A stretch of DNA of 64,000 bases from Clostridia bacterium (GTDB taxonomy: Bacteria > Bacillota > Clostridia > TANB77 > CAG-508), in the NCBI GenBank assembly GCA_046964515.1, contig JBKUYM010000005.1, positions 24,021 to 88,020 of the forward strand. The letters run 5' to 3'. The notes beneath the pieces were generated by a model, which was not told the DNA's origin, did no database searches, and worked only from the letters and a program-made list of their open reading frames with translations. Shown in pieces: positions 1 through 10,700 of this stretch. The stretch's first letter is position 1; every line of letters starts with the position of its first letter. Both the position numbers and the translations under genes were made by a program.

Positions 1-200
1 TTTCATAACTCTTGTTAAAATATGTCCCACATGTGGCTTACCATTGGCTGTTGGTGGTCCATCATAAAAAGTAAAATACTTTTTCCCTTTATTCTTATCG
101 AAATTTTTATGGATAATATCTTTTTTCTTCCATAAATGCATTACTTCTTGTTCCATTCCCACAAAGCCGTCTTCTTTTAGTTCCACTTTTTTATACATGC
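1..200 (-). CDS. ileS: Isoleucyl-tRNA synthetase, type 2 (eukaryote-like), N-terminal part. Truncated by window start; start codon at 198-200.
   Basis: Reverse-strand translation [25 protein letters not shown]...[27 protein letters not shown]. The [16 protein letters not shown] (HIGH) motif is typical of IleRS2. A T-box leader with an AUC specifier lies upstream. Confidence 0.75.
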
Positions 201-281
201 TTATTTCTCCCCTTCCATATTTTAGCTTTGTATTAAGAGCACTATTTTTTATGCTCAAAAGCTTTCACTTTTAAAATACTT

Positions 282-545
282 TTATTTCAAATAGTTTTTT
301 TCTATTTCTTCTACTAATTCAAATCTATGTTTTTGTCCTGTAATATTATCTGGTCTTTCTGGTATTTCTTCTAAAAACATTTTTTCTGGTCTAATCCATA
401 TAGAACCTTCTTTATCATTTCTATTATATAAAGATTTATAAATTACCATTCTTTCTTTTGTCTCTGATGATTGACCAATATTTTCTACGAAACAATAATT
501 TCCCTTAAAATGTCTATACACTCTTCCTACTTTTACCTCTTCCAT
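282..545 (-). CDS. DUF1653-family small protein, first gene after the T-box leader and apparently co-transcribed with ileS.
   Basis: 87 aa, GRVYRHFKGNYCFVENI motif typical of DUF1653. RBS AAAGGAGGAG 7 nt upstream of the ATG. Sits between the T-box terminator and ileS. Confidence 0.6.
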   Translation of the reverse strand: MEEVKVGRVYRHFKGNYCFVENIGQSSETKERMVIYKSLYNRNDKEGSIWIRPEKMFLEEIPERPDNITGQKHRFELVEEIEKNYLK

Positions 546-559
546 TTTTTCTCCTCCTT

Positions 560-900
560 TTTTATATCAAAAAAACCTCTTCATCCTTATATACTAGGAC
601 GAAAAGGTTATCTTTTCCGCGGTACCACCTAAATTAAAAATTGCTATTGCTTTACAATTTTTCACTTATCCTCTTTAACGCAGAGTATCTTACGTTTATA
701 CTTAATTTCTATATAGATTTCAGTATAAAAACAACATAGGTGATAACAAATAAAACAGTAACTACTAGAATTCCACCTATCTCTAGCTCTCTATTGACTT
801 ATCTTATTTGTGTTGTCCTTGTTTTCGTTTTTCTTTATTTATGCTATTTATCATAACATCTTTTGTTTTAAAATGCAATACTATTGCTTATTTTTCTTGG
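560..900 (-). promoter_or_regulatory. T-box riboswitch leader (Ile specifier) with terminator, controlling the DUF1653-ileS operon.
   Basis: Minus-strand read AAUUUAGGUGGUACCGCGGAAAAG (T-box consensus AGGGUGGNACCGCG) at + strand 612-634. Followed by an 11-bp stem (CCUUUUCGUCC/GGAUGAAGAGG, two GU pairs) plus U7 terminator at about 563-600. Candidate specifier GUUAUCACC (AUC followed by A) lies in an upstream stem. Confidence 0.6.
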
Positions 901-983
901 AAATGGAAGTTACGATTTAACTTCTTATTTTGATTAAACTATTTTTGAAGAAAAATTCGTGGGCTATTTTTTTGTTCTATATA

Positions 984-1544
984 TTAATGTTTTAGCCCAC
1001 CTATTTGTGATAACTCTATTATTTTTATTTTATTTTTTTCATTTTCTTGTTTTAAATATCGTATATCTTGTTTATGTTCCTCTATTCTTTTATTAGCATC
1101 TTGTCTTGTTTCAAATAGAATAGAAATTTTATCGCTATATTCTTTTTCCATCAGCATGGTTGAATTTTCTACTATGGTTAAACAATCTATTACTTCTCTT
1201 ATTTGTAATTCGACTTTTCTAAATCTATTTTCCATATTTTCTTGTATACTTTTTATATTTCTTTGCATGTTCTTTATTTCAGTTTTCATTGTCTTCATCT
1301 CAGTTTGCATAGATTTCATCTCGTTTTGCATTATCTTCATCTCATCTTGCATTATAATCATATCACTTTGTATTGTTTTCATATCGCTTTGCATTATATT
1401 TATATCACTTTGCATTGTTTTTGTGTCAGTTTGCATTGTTTGCATATCGGCTTTCATTGCTTTCATATCATCTTGCATAAGTTGCATGTTTATTTGTATA
1501 TTCTGCAAAATTTCTAAAATCTGTGTTTGCATATTTGTCTCCAT
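984..1544 (-). CDS. Hypothetical Met/Gln-rich coiled-coil protein with about 11 tandem heptad repeats (MQxDMKx).
   Basis: 186-aa ORF. Central region MQTMQTDTKTMQSDINIMQSDMKTIQSDMIIMQDEMKIMQNEMKSMQTEMKTMKTEIKNMQ is encoded by 21-bp tandem DNA repeats at about 1240-1500 (TTTGCATTRTNTTCATNTCRN). No recognisable family. Confidence 0.45.
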   Translation of the reverse strand: METNMQTQILEILQNIQINMQLMQDDMKAMKADMQTMQTDTKTMQSDINIMQSDMKTIQSDMIIMQDEMKIMQNEMKSMQTEMKTMKTEIKNMQRNIKSIQENMENRFRKVELQIREVIDCLTIVENSTMLMEKEYSDKISILFETRQDANKRIEEHKQDIRYLKQENEKNKIKIIELSQIGGLKH

Positions 1545-1797
1545 TTTACTTTGCCTCCTTTCTTATGTAAGTTGGTACCTTGGTAGATTTTAGTATAGCA
1601 TATAATCCACACTCTTTCTATATATTTAGTAAATCTTTTTCTAAAATCTTTCGACAAAATCTGTGATATTCTATGCTTAGCGTATCTCTCTCATTAATGC
1701 TTTTCTTTTTTTACATTTCATAAAATAGATTTAATAAACACTATTTCTTTTTCACTTTCATAAAAAAATTGCTAGACTATGTCTAACAATTTTTTTA

Positions 1798-3105
1798 TTA
1801 TGCAGTTTCTTCTTTATTTGTATTTTTTCTAATCGGTTTTTCTTCCTTTTTAACTACTTTATTTTCATTAATTACTAATGTTGGTGATTCTTGATTTAAT
1901 ACTGTATTCTTTGTAACAATGCACTTTTCAATTTTAGGATTAGAAGGAATTTCGAACATAATATCTCTCATAATTTCTTCGATAATAGATCTAAGTCCTC
2001 TTGCACCAGTTTTTCTTTCAATAGCTTTATCGACAATTGCTTCTAATGCTTCTTGTTCAAATTCTAATTCTACATCATCTAATTTTAATAATTTTTGATA
2101 TTGTTTAATTAAAGCATTCTTTGGTTTCGTTACAATATCAATTAACGTTGCTCTGTCCAATTCCCTTAAAGTCGCTACAATTGGTAATCTTCCTACAAAT
2201 TCTGGTATCAATCCAAATTTTAACAAATCTTGTGGTAGTAATTCTTCATATACTTTATATTTATCAATTTCTTTACTACTTTTTACATCTGCTCCAAAGC
2301 CAATTGCTTTCGTTCCAATACGTTCATTAATAATTTTGTCTAACCCTTCAAAAGCACCGCCACATATAAATAGGATATTTTCTGTATTAATTTGAATTAA
2401 TTCTTGATGTGGATGTTTTCTTCCTCCTTGTGGTGGAACAGAGGCTACCGTGCCTTCTACAATTTTTAATAAAGCTTGTTGCACACCTTCTCCACTCACA
2501 TCTCTAGTAATAGAAGGATTTTCTGATTTTCTGGTAATCTTATCAATTTCATCAATATAAATAATTCCTTTTTCTGCCTTTTCCACTTCGTAATCTGCAT
2601 TTTGAATTAATTTTAGTAAAATATTTTCGACATCTTCCCCCACATAGCCTGCTTCTGTTAGAGTGGTAGCATCTGCTATGGCAAAAGGTACTTTCAAAAT
2701 TCTAGCAAGGGTTTGTGCTAAAAGCGTTTTTCCACAACCAGTTGGTCCTAATAGTAATACATTACTTTTTTGAATTTCCACATCATCTTCATTTTTCTGT
2801 GGATAATTAATCCTTTTATAATGATTATATACCGCTACCGCCAATGTTTTTTTTGCTTCATCTTGACCAATAACATAGTTATCCAATATTTGTTTAATTT
2901 CAGACGGACTTGGCAGTTTTTCTTCTTCTTTATTATTTAATGTATATGTTACATCCTCTTCACTGCAACTATCACTATCTATAATATTAGAACAAACTTT
3001 AATACATTCATCACAGATAAATACACCAGGTCCTGCAATAATTCTTTCTACAGCATCTTGTGATTTACCACAAAATGAGCATTTTACATTACTATTTTTT
3101 GTCAC
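1798..3105 (-). CDS. clpX: ATP-dependent Clp protease ATP-binding subunit ClpX.
   Basis: N-terminal zinc finger CSFCGKS...CDEC. Walker [16 protein letters not shown]. Length 435 aa. Lies downstream of clpP and tig. Confidence 0.95.
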   Translation of the reverse strand: MTKNSNVKCSFCGKSQDAVERIIAGPGVFICDECIKVCSNIIDSDSCSEEDVTYTLNNKEEEKLPSPSEIKQILDNYVIGQDEAKKTLAVAVYNHYKRINYPQKNEDDVEIQKSNVLLLGPTGCGKTLLAQTLARILKVPFAIADATTLTEAGYVGEDVENILLKLIQNADYEVEKAEKGIIYIDEIDKITRKSENPSITRDVSGEGVQQALLKIVEGTVASVPPQGGRKHPHQELIQINTENILFICGGAFEGLDKIINERIGTKAIGFGADVKSSKEIDKYKVYEELLPQDLLKFGLIPEFVGRLPIVATLRELDRATLIDIVTKPKNALIKQYQKLLKLDDVELEFEQEALEAIVDKAIERKTGARGLRSIIEEIMRDIMFEIPSNPKIEKCIVTKNTVLNQESPTLVINENKVVKKEEKPIRKNTNKEETA

Positions 3106-3167
3106 TTTCCTTCTCCTTTTATTTCTATCTTTTATTCTTTGGTTATTATAATCGTTTCTACTCTATT

Positions 3168-3770
3168 TTATGCTTTTTTCTCTAAAATGCCATCAATTAA
3201 TCCATACTCTAATGCTTCTTGTGCTGTCATCCAGTGATCTCTTTCTGTATCTCTATTAATTATTTCGATTGGCTGACCTGTTTTTTCACTCAATAATTGA
3301 TTTAGTTTTTCCCTCGTTTTTATCATATGATCTGCATGAATTTTAATTTCTGTAGTTTGTCCTGCAATTCCATTTCCTCCAATTAATGGTTGATGAATTA
3401 AAATTTCAGAATTTGGTGTTGCAAATCTCTTTCCTTTTTCTCCAGAAGCCAAAAGTACAGAACCCATACTAGCAGCTAAACCTATACACATAGTAGAAAC
3501 TGGACATTTAATATAATTCATCGTATCTACAATTCCCATTCCATCTGTAATAGATCCTCCAGGACTATTAATATATAAGAAAATTTCTTTATCTGGATCT
3601 TCTGACTCTAAGAATAGTAATTGTGCAATCACTAAACTAGCAGAAGTTGGATTTACATCTTCTCCTAAGAAGATAATTCTATCTTTTAATAATCTAGAAA
3701 AAATGTCATAAGACCTTTCTCCTTTGGCTGTTTGTTCAATAACATAGGGAACTAAACTATTTTGTAACAT
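3168..3770 (-). CDS. clpP: ATP-dependent Clp protease proteolytic subunit ClpP. Likely true start at 3770; the ORF track extends to 3851.
   Basis: Serine-protease core [21 protein letters not shown]...[31 protein letters not shown] precedes the ATG at 3768-3770 ([13 protein letters not shown]). Confidence 0.93.
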   Translation of the reverse strand: MLQNSLVPYVIEQTAKGERSYDIFSRLLKDRIIFLGEDVNPTSASLVIAQLLFLESEDPDKEIFLYINSPGGSITDGMGIVDTMNYIKCPVSTMCIGLAASMGSVLLASGEKGKRFATPNSEILIHQPLIGGNGIAGQTTEIKIHADHMIKTREKLNQLLSEKTGQPIEIINRDTERDHWMTAQEALEYGLIDGILEKKA

Positions 3771-3874
3771 ACTACTTTCCTCCTTTAATTTATATATAAA
3801 GCGTAAAAAGTTAGTGGCAACCGCTTCTTTATTTTTAAATAAATTGTTCACCCCTAACTTTTCCCTTTATTACA

Positions 3875-5158
3875 CTATTTTATTTTAGCATTATCTACAA
3901 TAAAGCTAATTGCTTTTTCTGTTTTAACACTATCTGCTATATAATTTTTTAGATTCTCATTTTCCATTAATTCTTTAGCATCTCTACCATAATTTTTAGC
4001 CATTTCTTCTACTTTTTCTTTTATTTCATCTTCAGATGCTTCTATTTTTTCTGCTACTATAACTGCATCTAAAACTAATCTTGTCTTTACAGAATTAGTA
4101 GCTTGTTCTTCAAATTCTTTTCGCATATCTGCTTCAGTCTTATTCATCATTTGAAGATACTGTGTTAAAGCTAGACCTTGGTAAGATAATCTTTGTTCAA
4201 TATCTTTTACCATATTATCGGTTTCTGTTTCAATCATTCCTGATGGAATTTCTACTTCTACTTCTTCACATACTTTTTTAATAGCAGCTTCTTCTGTTTC
4301 ATATTTTGCTTTTGACTCATTCTCTTTTTCTAATTTTTCTTTAATGCTATCTTTTAACTCTTTTAAAGTATCGAATTCACTAACATCTTTTGCAAATTCA
4401 TCATCTAAAGTAGGTAATTCTTTTTTCTTAATTTCATGTAATTTCACTTTAAAAGTAGCTTCTTTTCCTGCTAAATCTTTAGAGAAATATTCTTCTGGGA
4501 AAGTTACTTTGATATCTTTCTCCTCATCTATTTTCATGCCAATGATTTGATCTTCAAATCCAGGAATGAAAGTATTACTTCCAATGACTAATTCATGATT
4601 TTCTGCTTTTCCACCTTCAAAGGCTACCCCATCTACAAAACCTTCAAAATCAATGATAGTAGTATCACCATTTTCTACTGGTTTATCTTCTACATTAACA
4701 AGTCTTGCATTTTTTTCTTGCATATGTCCTAATTCATGTTGAATATCTTCATCTTTTACAGTATACTCTACTTTTTTTAGTTCTATACCTTTATATTTTC
4801 CAAGTTTAATTTCTGGTCTTGTTTGAATAATTGCTGTAAAAATTAATTCTTTTCCTTTTTCAATTTGTGTAATATCTATATCTGGTCTGCTAACCGCTTC
4901 TATATGGTTATCTTTTAATTCTTGTTCAAAAATTTCTGGAACCAATTCATTAAAAGCATCTTCATAGAAAATTTCAGATCCATAATGTTTTTCTACTATA
5001 TTCATTGGTGCTTTTCCTTTTCTAAATCCAGGAATATTAAAGTATTTTGCATTTTTGGCATATACTTTTTTAATTGCTTCATCAAATTTTTCTGCTTCAA
5101 TAATGAAACTTAGTTTTAATTCATTATTTTTGTCTGTTTTTTCAAATTTCATACTCAT
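3875..5158 (-). CDS. tig: Trigger factor (ribosome-associated peptidyl-prolyl isomerase/chaperone).
   Basis: 427 aa, N-terminal ribosome-binding motif GFRKGKAP. Canonical tig-clpP-clpX order. Stem-loop plus T-run terminator at about 5225-5290. Confidence 0.9.
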   Translation of the reverse strand: MSMKFEKTDKNNELKLSFIIEAEKFDEAIKKVYAKNAKYFNIPGFRKGKAPMNIVEKHYGSEIFYEDAFNELVPEIFEQELKDNHIEAVSRPDIDITQIEKGKELIFTAIIQTRPEIKLGKYKGIELKKVEYTVKDEDIQHELGHMQEKNARLVNVEDKPVENGDTTIIDFEGFVDGVAFEGGKAENHELVIGSNTFIPGFEDQIIGMKIDEEKDIKVTFPEEYFSKDLAGKEATFKVKLHEIKKKELPTLDDEFAKDVSEFDTLKELKDSIKEKLEKENESKAKYETEEAAIKKVCEEVEVEIPSGMIETETDNMVKDIEQRLSYQGLALTQYLQMMNKTEADMRKEFEEQATNSVKTRLVLDAVIVAEKIEASEDEIKEKVEEMAKNYGRDAKELMENENLKNYIADSVKTEKAISFIVDNAKIK

Positions 5159-5323
5159 TTTTTATTCTTCCTTTCATGCTATCAAAATCTATTTAGCTTG
5201 TTTATTATATCATATTTTTTTTAGATTGCAAGTCCCAAAGTTAAAAAAGATAGAAACTATGTGTATAAATCGTTCCCATACTTTCTATCTTTTTTTCATT
5301 ATTACTTTTTTCTTAATCGGTAC

Positions 5324-5848
5324 TTATACTTTTCCTAAAATTTCCTCCACTGCATTTTCTAAATCCATATTCTCAATTATATAATCGGCTACTTCTTTGG
5401 CTCTTTTAAATTTTTCTTTGTCTATCTGCATTCTAATTTGAATACTCTCTATAGAATCGCCTCTTTTTAGCATACGTTTTACACGTTCTTGTTCTGGTAC
5501 ATGTATATAAAAAACTGTTATGGGAATATTTTCTTTTCCTAATGCCTTTGCTTTTTCTTTAATATCTTTAACAGAATCTACAATAGAAATACAAACAACA
5601 TCTTCTCTTAGAGATTGGGTACTAATTCCATAATATTGTCCATTAAATTCTGCTCTTTGTAATAATTTTTGTTCTTCCCATAATTTTTCAAATTCTGGTT
5701 TTGTTACAAATTGCATTTCTTTTGAATTTTCTTCACTTGGTCTTTTATCTCTTGTTGTATGATTTATGGCTCTTTGATATCCCCTTGTACATAGTCTTTC
5801 TAATATAGTTGTCTTTCCTGAACCACTTTCTCCTATTAATATAATCAT
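5324..5848 (-). CDS. Guanylate kinase-like P-loop kinase (short form).
   Basis: GESGSGKTT P-loop and the HTTR..R..E motif of the guanylate kinase family. 174 aa, shorter than canonical Gmk. Confidence 0.55.
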   Translation of the reverse strand: MIILIGESGSGKTTILERLCTRGYQRAINHTTRDKRPSEENSKEMQFVTKPEFEKLWEEQKLLQRAEFNGQYYGISTQSLREDVVCISIVDSVKDIKEKAKALGKENIPITVFYIHVPEQERVKRMLKRGDSIESIQIRMQIDKEKFKRAKEVADYIIENMDLENAVEEILGKV

Positions 5849-5866
5849 TTTCTATCCTTTCTTTCG

Positions 5867-6322
5867 TTACTTTTCTAAATATTTATCATATCTTCCTGCC
5901 TTTATATCTTTAACAAACTTTTCTTTTGTTTCTGGTGGTACAATTAACAAATTGGAGATTTCTTGTTTTGCTATGATTTCTGGCAAATATTCTCCTTTGT
6001 GTTTATATTTTGGATGATGAGAAAATTCTGGTCCTGTTCCACTTCCAAACTTTCCTCCAACATATTCACAAAGGAAATAATATTCTTTTATCTCTTGATT
6101 CTCTTGTGATGTATATTGATATAATAATTCTCCTACTTTTACTTGTATACCAATTTCTTCTTCTATTTCTCTTTTTGTTCCTTCTTGTAGTGTTTCACCA
6201 TCTTCTAAGCCTCCTCCGGCAAATACATAATACTCTCCCAAAGGATGATCTTGTACATTTCTTCTATGCATCATAGCAAATCCATTTTGCATAGGGATAA
6301 TTCCTGCTACACGTATTCTCAT
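5867..6322 (-). CDS. NUDIX hydrolase.
   Basis: Nudix box GGGLEDGETLQEGTKREIEEEIGI (GX5EX7REUXEEXGU). Confidence 0.75.
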   Translation of the reverse strand: MRIRVAGIIPMQNGFAMMHRRNVQDHPLGEYYVFAGGGLEDGETLQEGTKREIEEEIGIQVKVGELLYQYTSQENQEIKEYYFLCEYVGGKFGSGTGPEFSHHPKYKHKGEYLPEIIAKQEISNLLIVPPETKEKFVKDIKAGRYDKYLEK

Positions 6323-6325
6323 ATT

Positions 6326-7228
6326 TTATTTCCTTTCTAATTTAACAATACCATTAATAATATTTAAATCTGAAGGTATTATATATGGTACTTTTGCCTT
6401 TAAAAATATAGCTTGTGCTAAAATACTACCTGCCTTTGCACCATCCATCCATTTTTGATTATGTGGCATTAATATATATAAGTCATCTAAAGTCATTTGT
6501 TCTAATATTTCTTGATTTTTCTTAGCAAAGTCTTCATAAGAAATCATGAATTCATGAATACCATCATGAAAAATACAATTTGGTACAAGATGGTATTTTA
6601 CTAACTGTTGATATCTCAATTCCCCACCTGTAAAAATACCACAATCACAATTCCATTCTAAATTTTCCTCTTTTAAAATGTTTAGAGCATACTTTAAAAT
6701 ATCTTCTATTTTTAAAGATTGATTTTCGTCATTGATTTCTGGAAAGTTATTCATAATTTCCGCTACACCAATCGATAAGTTTTTTCTTTCTATTACATTT
6801 CCTTTATCAAAAACAACTAACTCTGTTGTTTTTCCGCCCATGTTAACCATTAAAACTCTTTTTCTATCATAAATACCTTGCATTGCTTTTTCAAAATAAT
6901 AGTTTTCTTCTTCTTGCGAAATAACATGAAATTTTAAATTTAACTCCGCAAAATCTGCTTTTAGAACCTCTAATTGTTCCTTCGGTATTTTTCTCCAAAT
7001 ACCAGTTGCATACATTTTACAATTTCCTATTGATAATGTATATCTAGTTGTTAAATCTTTAAAATAACTTAATAGTAAAATATAATTTTTATGGCTAATA
7101 CCATTTTCCTGCGTGAAATAATCCTTAAATAGAATAGATTTTTCCTCTATTAACTGTGGTTGAATACTTTTTTCTTTACAAAGATATGTTTTTATAGTAG
7201 AAGATCCTAAATCAATATAATATTCCAT
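6326..7228 (-). CDS. ASKHA-fold protein, Ppx/GppA-like phosphatase family (putative). Start moved to the MEYYIDLGSS methionine.
   Basis: N-terminal YYIDLGSSTIKTYL resembles the Ppx/GppA IDxGSNSxR phosphate-1 motif; a second glycine-rich motif is MVNMGGKTTEL. RBS AAAGGAA precedes ATG 7226-7228. The longer ORF-track start overlaps the upstream gene. Confidence 0.4.
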   Translation of the reverse strand: MEYYIDLGSSTIKTYLCKEKSIQPQLIEEKSILFKDYFTQENGISHKNYILLLSYFKDLTTRYTLSIGNCKMYATGIWRKIPKEQLEVLKADFAELNLKFHVISQEEENYYFEKAMQGIYDRKRVLMVNMGGKTTELVVFDKGNVIERKNLSIGVAEIMNNFPEINDENQSLKIEDILKYALNILKEENLEWNCDCGIFTGGELRYQQLVKYHLVPNCIFHDGIHEFMISYEDFAKKNQEILEQMTLDDLYILMPHNQKWMDGAKAGSILAQAIFLKAKVPYIIPSDLNIINGIVKLERK

Positions 7229-7251
7229 GGGTTTGTTCCTTTCTCTACTTT

Positions 7252-7728
7252 TCATATTCTCTTTCTCAAGAAATAATCTACCGTATCTGGTGGACAATCT
7301 TCAAAAGTAGCATATACTTTATACCCTAATTTTTCATAAAAGCCTTTTGCTTGAAAATTCCAAGTTTCCATTCTAACACCTATCAATCTTTGTTCTCTTG
7401 CTATTTTCTCTATTTTTTCTATGAGCCTAGTGCCTAATCCTTGTTTTCTATAATTTTTTTCTATCCACAAGTCATCTAAAAAATACCATGCATAGGCAAT
7501 ATGTCCGATAGCGCCTCCTATCACCTTTCCATTATCTTTTAATACAACATGATAATCATTAGTTTTTCTACTTGGCTCTATTAATGTATTGTCTGCTATA
7601 TACGCACATTTTTCTCGATTATAGGCATGGAGTTTTTTTCTAATATATTGTTTAAAATCTTCCTCTTTGTTCTCTTGTATTTCTATCATATTTACTCCTT
7701 TATACAAATTGTATATTTTCTTTTCCAA
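7252..7728 (-). CDS. GNAT family N-acetyltransferase.
   Basis: Acetyl-CoA binding motif RKQGLGTRLIEKIEKIA (Q/RxxGxG/A). About 150 aa. Confidence 0.7.
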   Translation of the reverse strand: MEKKIYNLYKGVNMIEIQENKEEDFKQYIRKKLHAYNREKCAYIADNTLIEPSRKTNDYHVVLKDNGKVIGGAIGHIAYAWYFLDDLWIEKNYRKQGLGTRLIEKIEKIAREQRLIGVRMETWNFQAKGFYEKLGYKVYATFEDCPPDTVDYFLRKRI

Positions 7729-10700
7729 TTAATTCTTCAAATTCTTGTATGATTGTTTCATTAGCATATATAGCACCTGCTTTATCTGTTTTTTGCCCAT
7801 TTACGATTTCAATAGCCATATTATTTCTATCTCCTGTAAAAAATTTAATAGCCCCTCTTAGTCTATCTTTTTGAGCTTCTGTTAAATTGGTTATATGAAA
7901 CTGTATTGTCCTTTTTTCTATAGCTACAGTAGCCTGGTTTCCTTCTCCATTTGCATGAAAATCCATAATTTTGTTGGCAATAATTGTTGCACTTTGTTCT
8001 TCTTCTTTAATACTTAATCTACCTTCTACTAGCACAATATTATCCTCTATCAAACTACTACCTGCACTTTGGTAAGCATTCTCAAAAGCAATTATTTCCA
8101 TACTACCATACAAATCTTCTAAAGTGATAAATGCCATAATTTTGTTATTTTTAGTATACTTCTTTTTGATGCTACTAATAATACCGGCATATTTTACAGA
8201 TTGGTTATCTTGATATGGAAACTTTCCAGTTTGCTCTAGTTCTTCCATGCCTTCTTTAATCTTCAAACTATCAATATTGGTTCTAGCTTTTATTTCTTCT
8301 TGCAATCCTTCTAAAGGATGACCAGATATATAAAGCCCTAACATTTCTTTTTCCATAGATAATAATTCTTTTTCTGAATATTCTTTTAAAGTATTATAGG
8401 TATATTTCATTTTTTCTAGCTGATTGCTTTCTTCATGACTAGTTCCTAAATCAAACATAGAAACTTGTCCTTTAAAATTCTTTTTAGAAGCATCTGAAAT
8501 AGAATTGATAATTTCTTCAAAAGAAGCCATTAATGTACTTCTTGTTTGTTCAAATTCATCAAAGGCACCTGCTTTAATAAGACTTTCTACACACTTTTTA
8601 TTAACCGCTTCATCTTGTATTCTTTCACAAAAGTCTGTAAAAGATTGATACTTTCCCTTTCTTTGTCTTTCTTGTACAATATTATCCACTGCAGAAGTGC
8701 CTACATTTTTAATGCTACCTAATCCAAAACGAATTTTATTACCATCTTCTACTGTAAATTTAGTAGCACTTTTATTAATTTCTGGTTTTAATATTTCTAT
8801 ATGTAATCTTTTACATTCTTCAATATAATAAGGTACTTTATCTAAATTTCCTAAATAACTATTCAAAGTAGCAGCCATAAATTCTGCTGGATAATAAGCT
8901 TTTAAATATGCTGTTTGATAAGAAAGTACCGCATAAGCAGCTGCATGGGATTTATTAAAAGCATATTTAGCAAATTCTGCCATTTCATCAAAAATCGTAT
9001 TCGCTGACTTTTCGTCAATTCCATTACGTACACAACCTGGTACAATAACATTTCCTTGTTCATCTACTTGTCCATGAATAAAAATTTCTCTTTCCTTTGC
9101 CATAACATCTAATTTCTTTTTTCCCATAGCACGCCTTACTAGATCAGCTCGTCCCAAAGAATAGCCTGCTAAATCTCTTACAATTTGCATAACTTGTTCT
9201 TGATACACCATACAACCATAAGTAACCTCTAAAATAGGTTTTAGTGCCGGATGAGTATATACTGCATGTTCTGGATCTTTCTTATTAGCAATGTATCTTG
9301 GAATTTGATCCATTGGTCCAGGTCTATATAAAGAAACACCGGCGATAATATCTTCTAGGCAATCTGGTTTTAGTTCTTTCATAAAGTTCGTCATCCCTTG
9401 GCTTTCAAATTGAAAAATGCCAACACTATTACCTTCTTGCCACAACTTATAAGCCTTTTCATCATGCATCTCTTTATCAAATACGACTTCTATTCCTTTA
9501 TTTTCTTTTACTATACTTTTTGTATCTTCAATAACCGTTAATGTTCGAAGTCCTAAGAAATCCATTTTCAAAAGACCTAATTCTTCTAAAGTAGTCATTA
9601 TAAATTGTGTAGAAATAGTATTATCACGCATATATAATGGTACATAAGTATCTACTGGATCTTTGGTGATAACAATACCACAAGCATGGGTAGAAGCCTG
9701 TCTAGGCATTCCTTCTAAAGCCATAGCTATATCTAATAATTTTTTAGTATCTGGATTTGTGTCATAAACTTCTTTTAGTTCCCTATTTTGTTCCATCGCC
9801 TTTTGAATCGTAATATGTAACTCATTTGGAATCATTTTCGCCAATTTGTCTGCTTCTGCATAAGGCACATCTAATACTCTTGCCACATCTCGTATAACCA
9901 TCCTAGCAGACATCGTACCAAAAGTAATAATTTGAGAAACATGATCATATCCATATTTTTGACATACATATTCTATCACTTGATCTCTTTTTTCATCACT
10001 AAAATCCACGTCAAAATCTGGCATACTAATCCTCTCTGGATTTAAAAACCTTTCAAAAAGTAAGTTATAGGCAATCGGATCAATATCTGTAATACCAATG
10101 CTATAAGCGACAATAGACCCTGCTCCTGATCCACGCCCTGGTCCTACAGAAATATCATGTGTCTTTGCAAAATGAATATAATCCCATACAATCAAAAAAT
10201 AATCGACATATCCCATTTTATTAATTACCGACAATTCATATTCTTTTCTTTCTATCAATTCTTGTGAAAGATGTTCTCCATAACGCTCTTTCATACCATC
10301 ATCGGTTAACTTTACTAAGTATTCATAATGAGAAGCAAATTCTGGTGGTACATCGTAATTCGGTAAAATTGTATGCCCAAATTCAAATTCCACATTACAC
10401 TTTTGTGCAATTTTAACCGTATTTTCAATAGCCTCTGGTACATTTAGAAAATATTGTTCCATTTCTTGTGGAGATTTAATATAAAGTTCATCTGTTTCAA
10501 AACGCATTCTATCTTCATCAGACATTTTCTTGCCAGTTTGGATGCACAATAGTACTTCATGATTATATGCATCCTCTCTCCTAGCATAATGTGCATCATT
10601 TGTAGCAACTAAAGGAATATTTAACATTTTAGAAAGTTCTATTAATTTTTGGTTTACAAGAACTTGTTCTTTTACACCATTATTTTGAATCTCTAAATAA

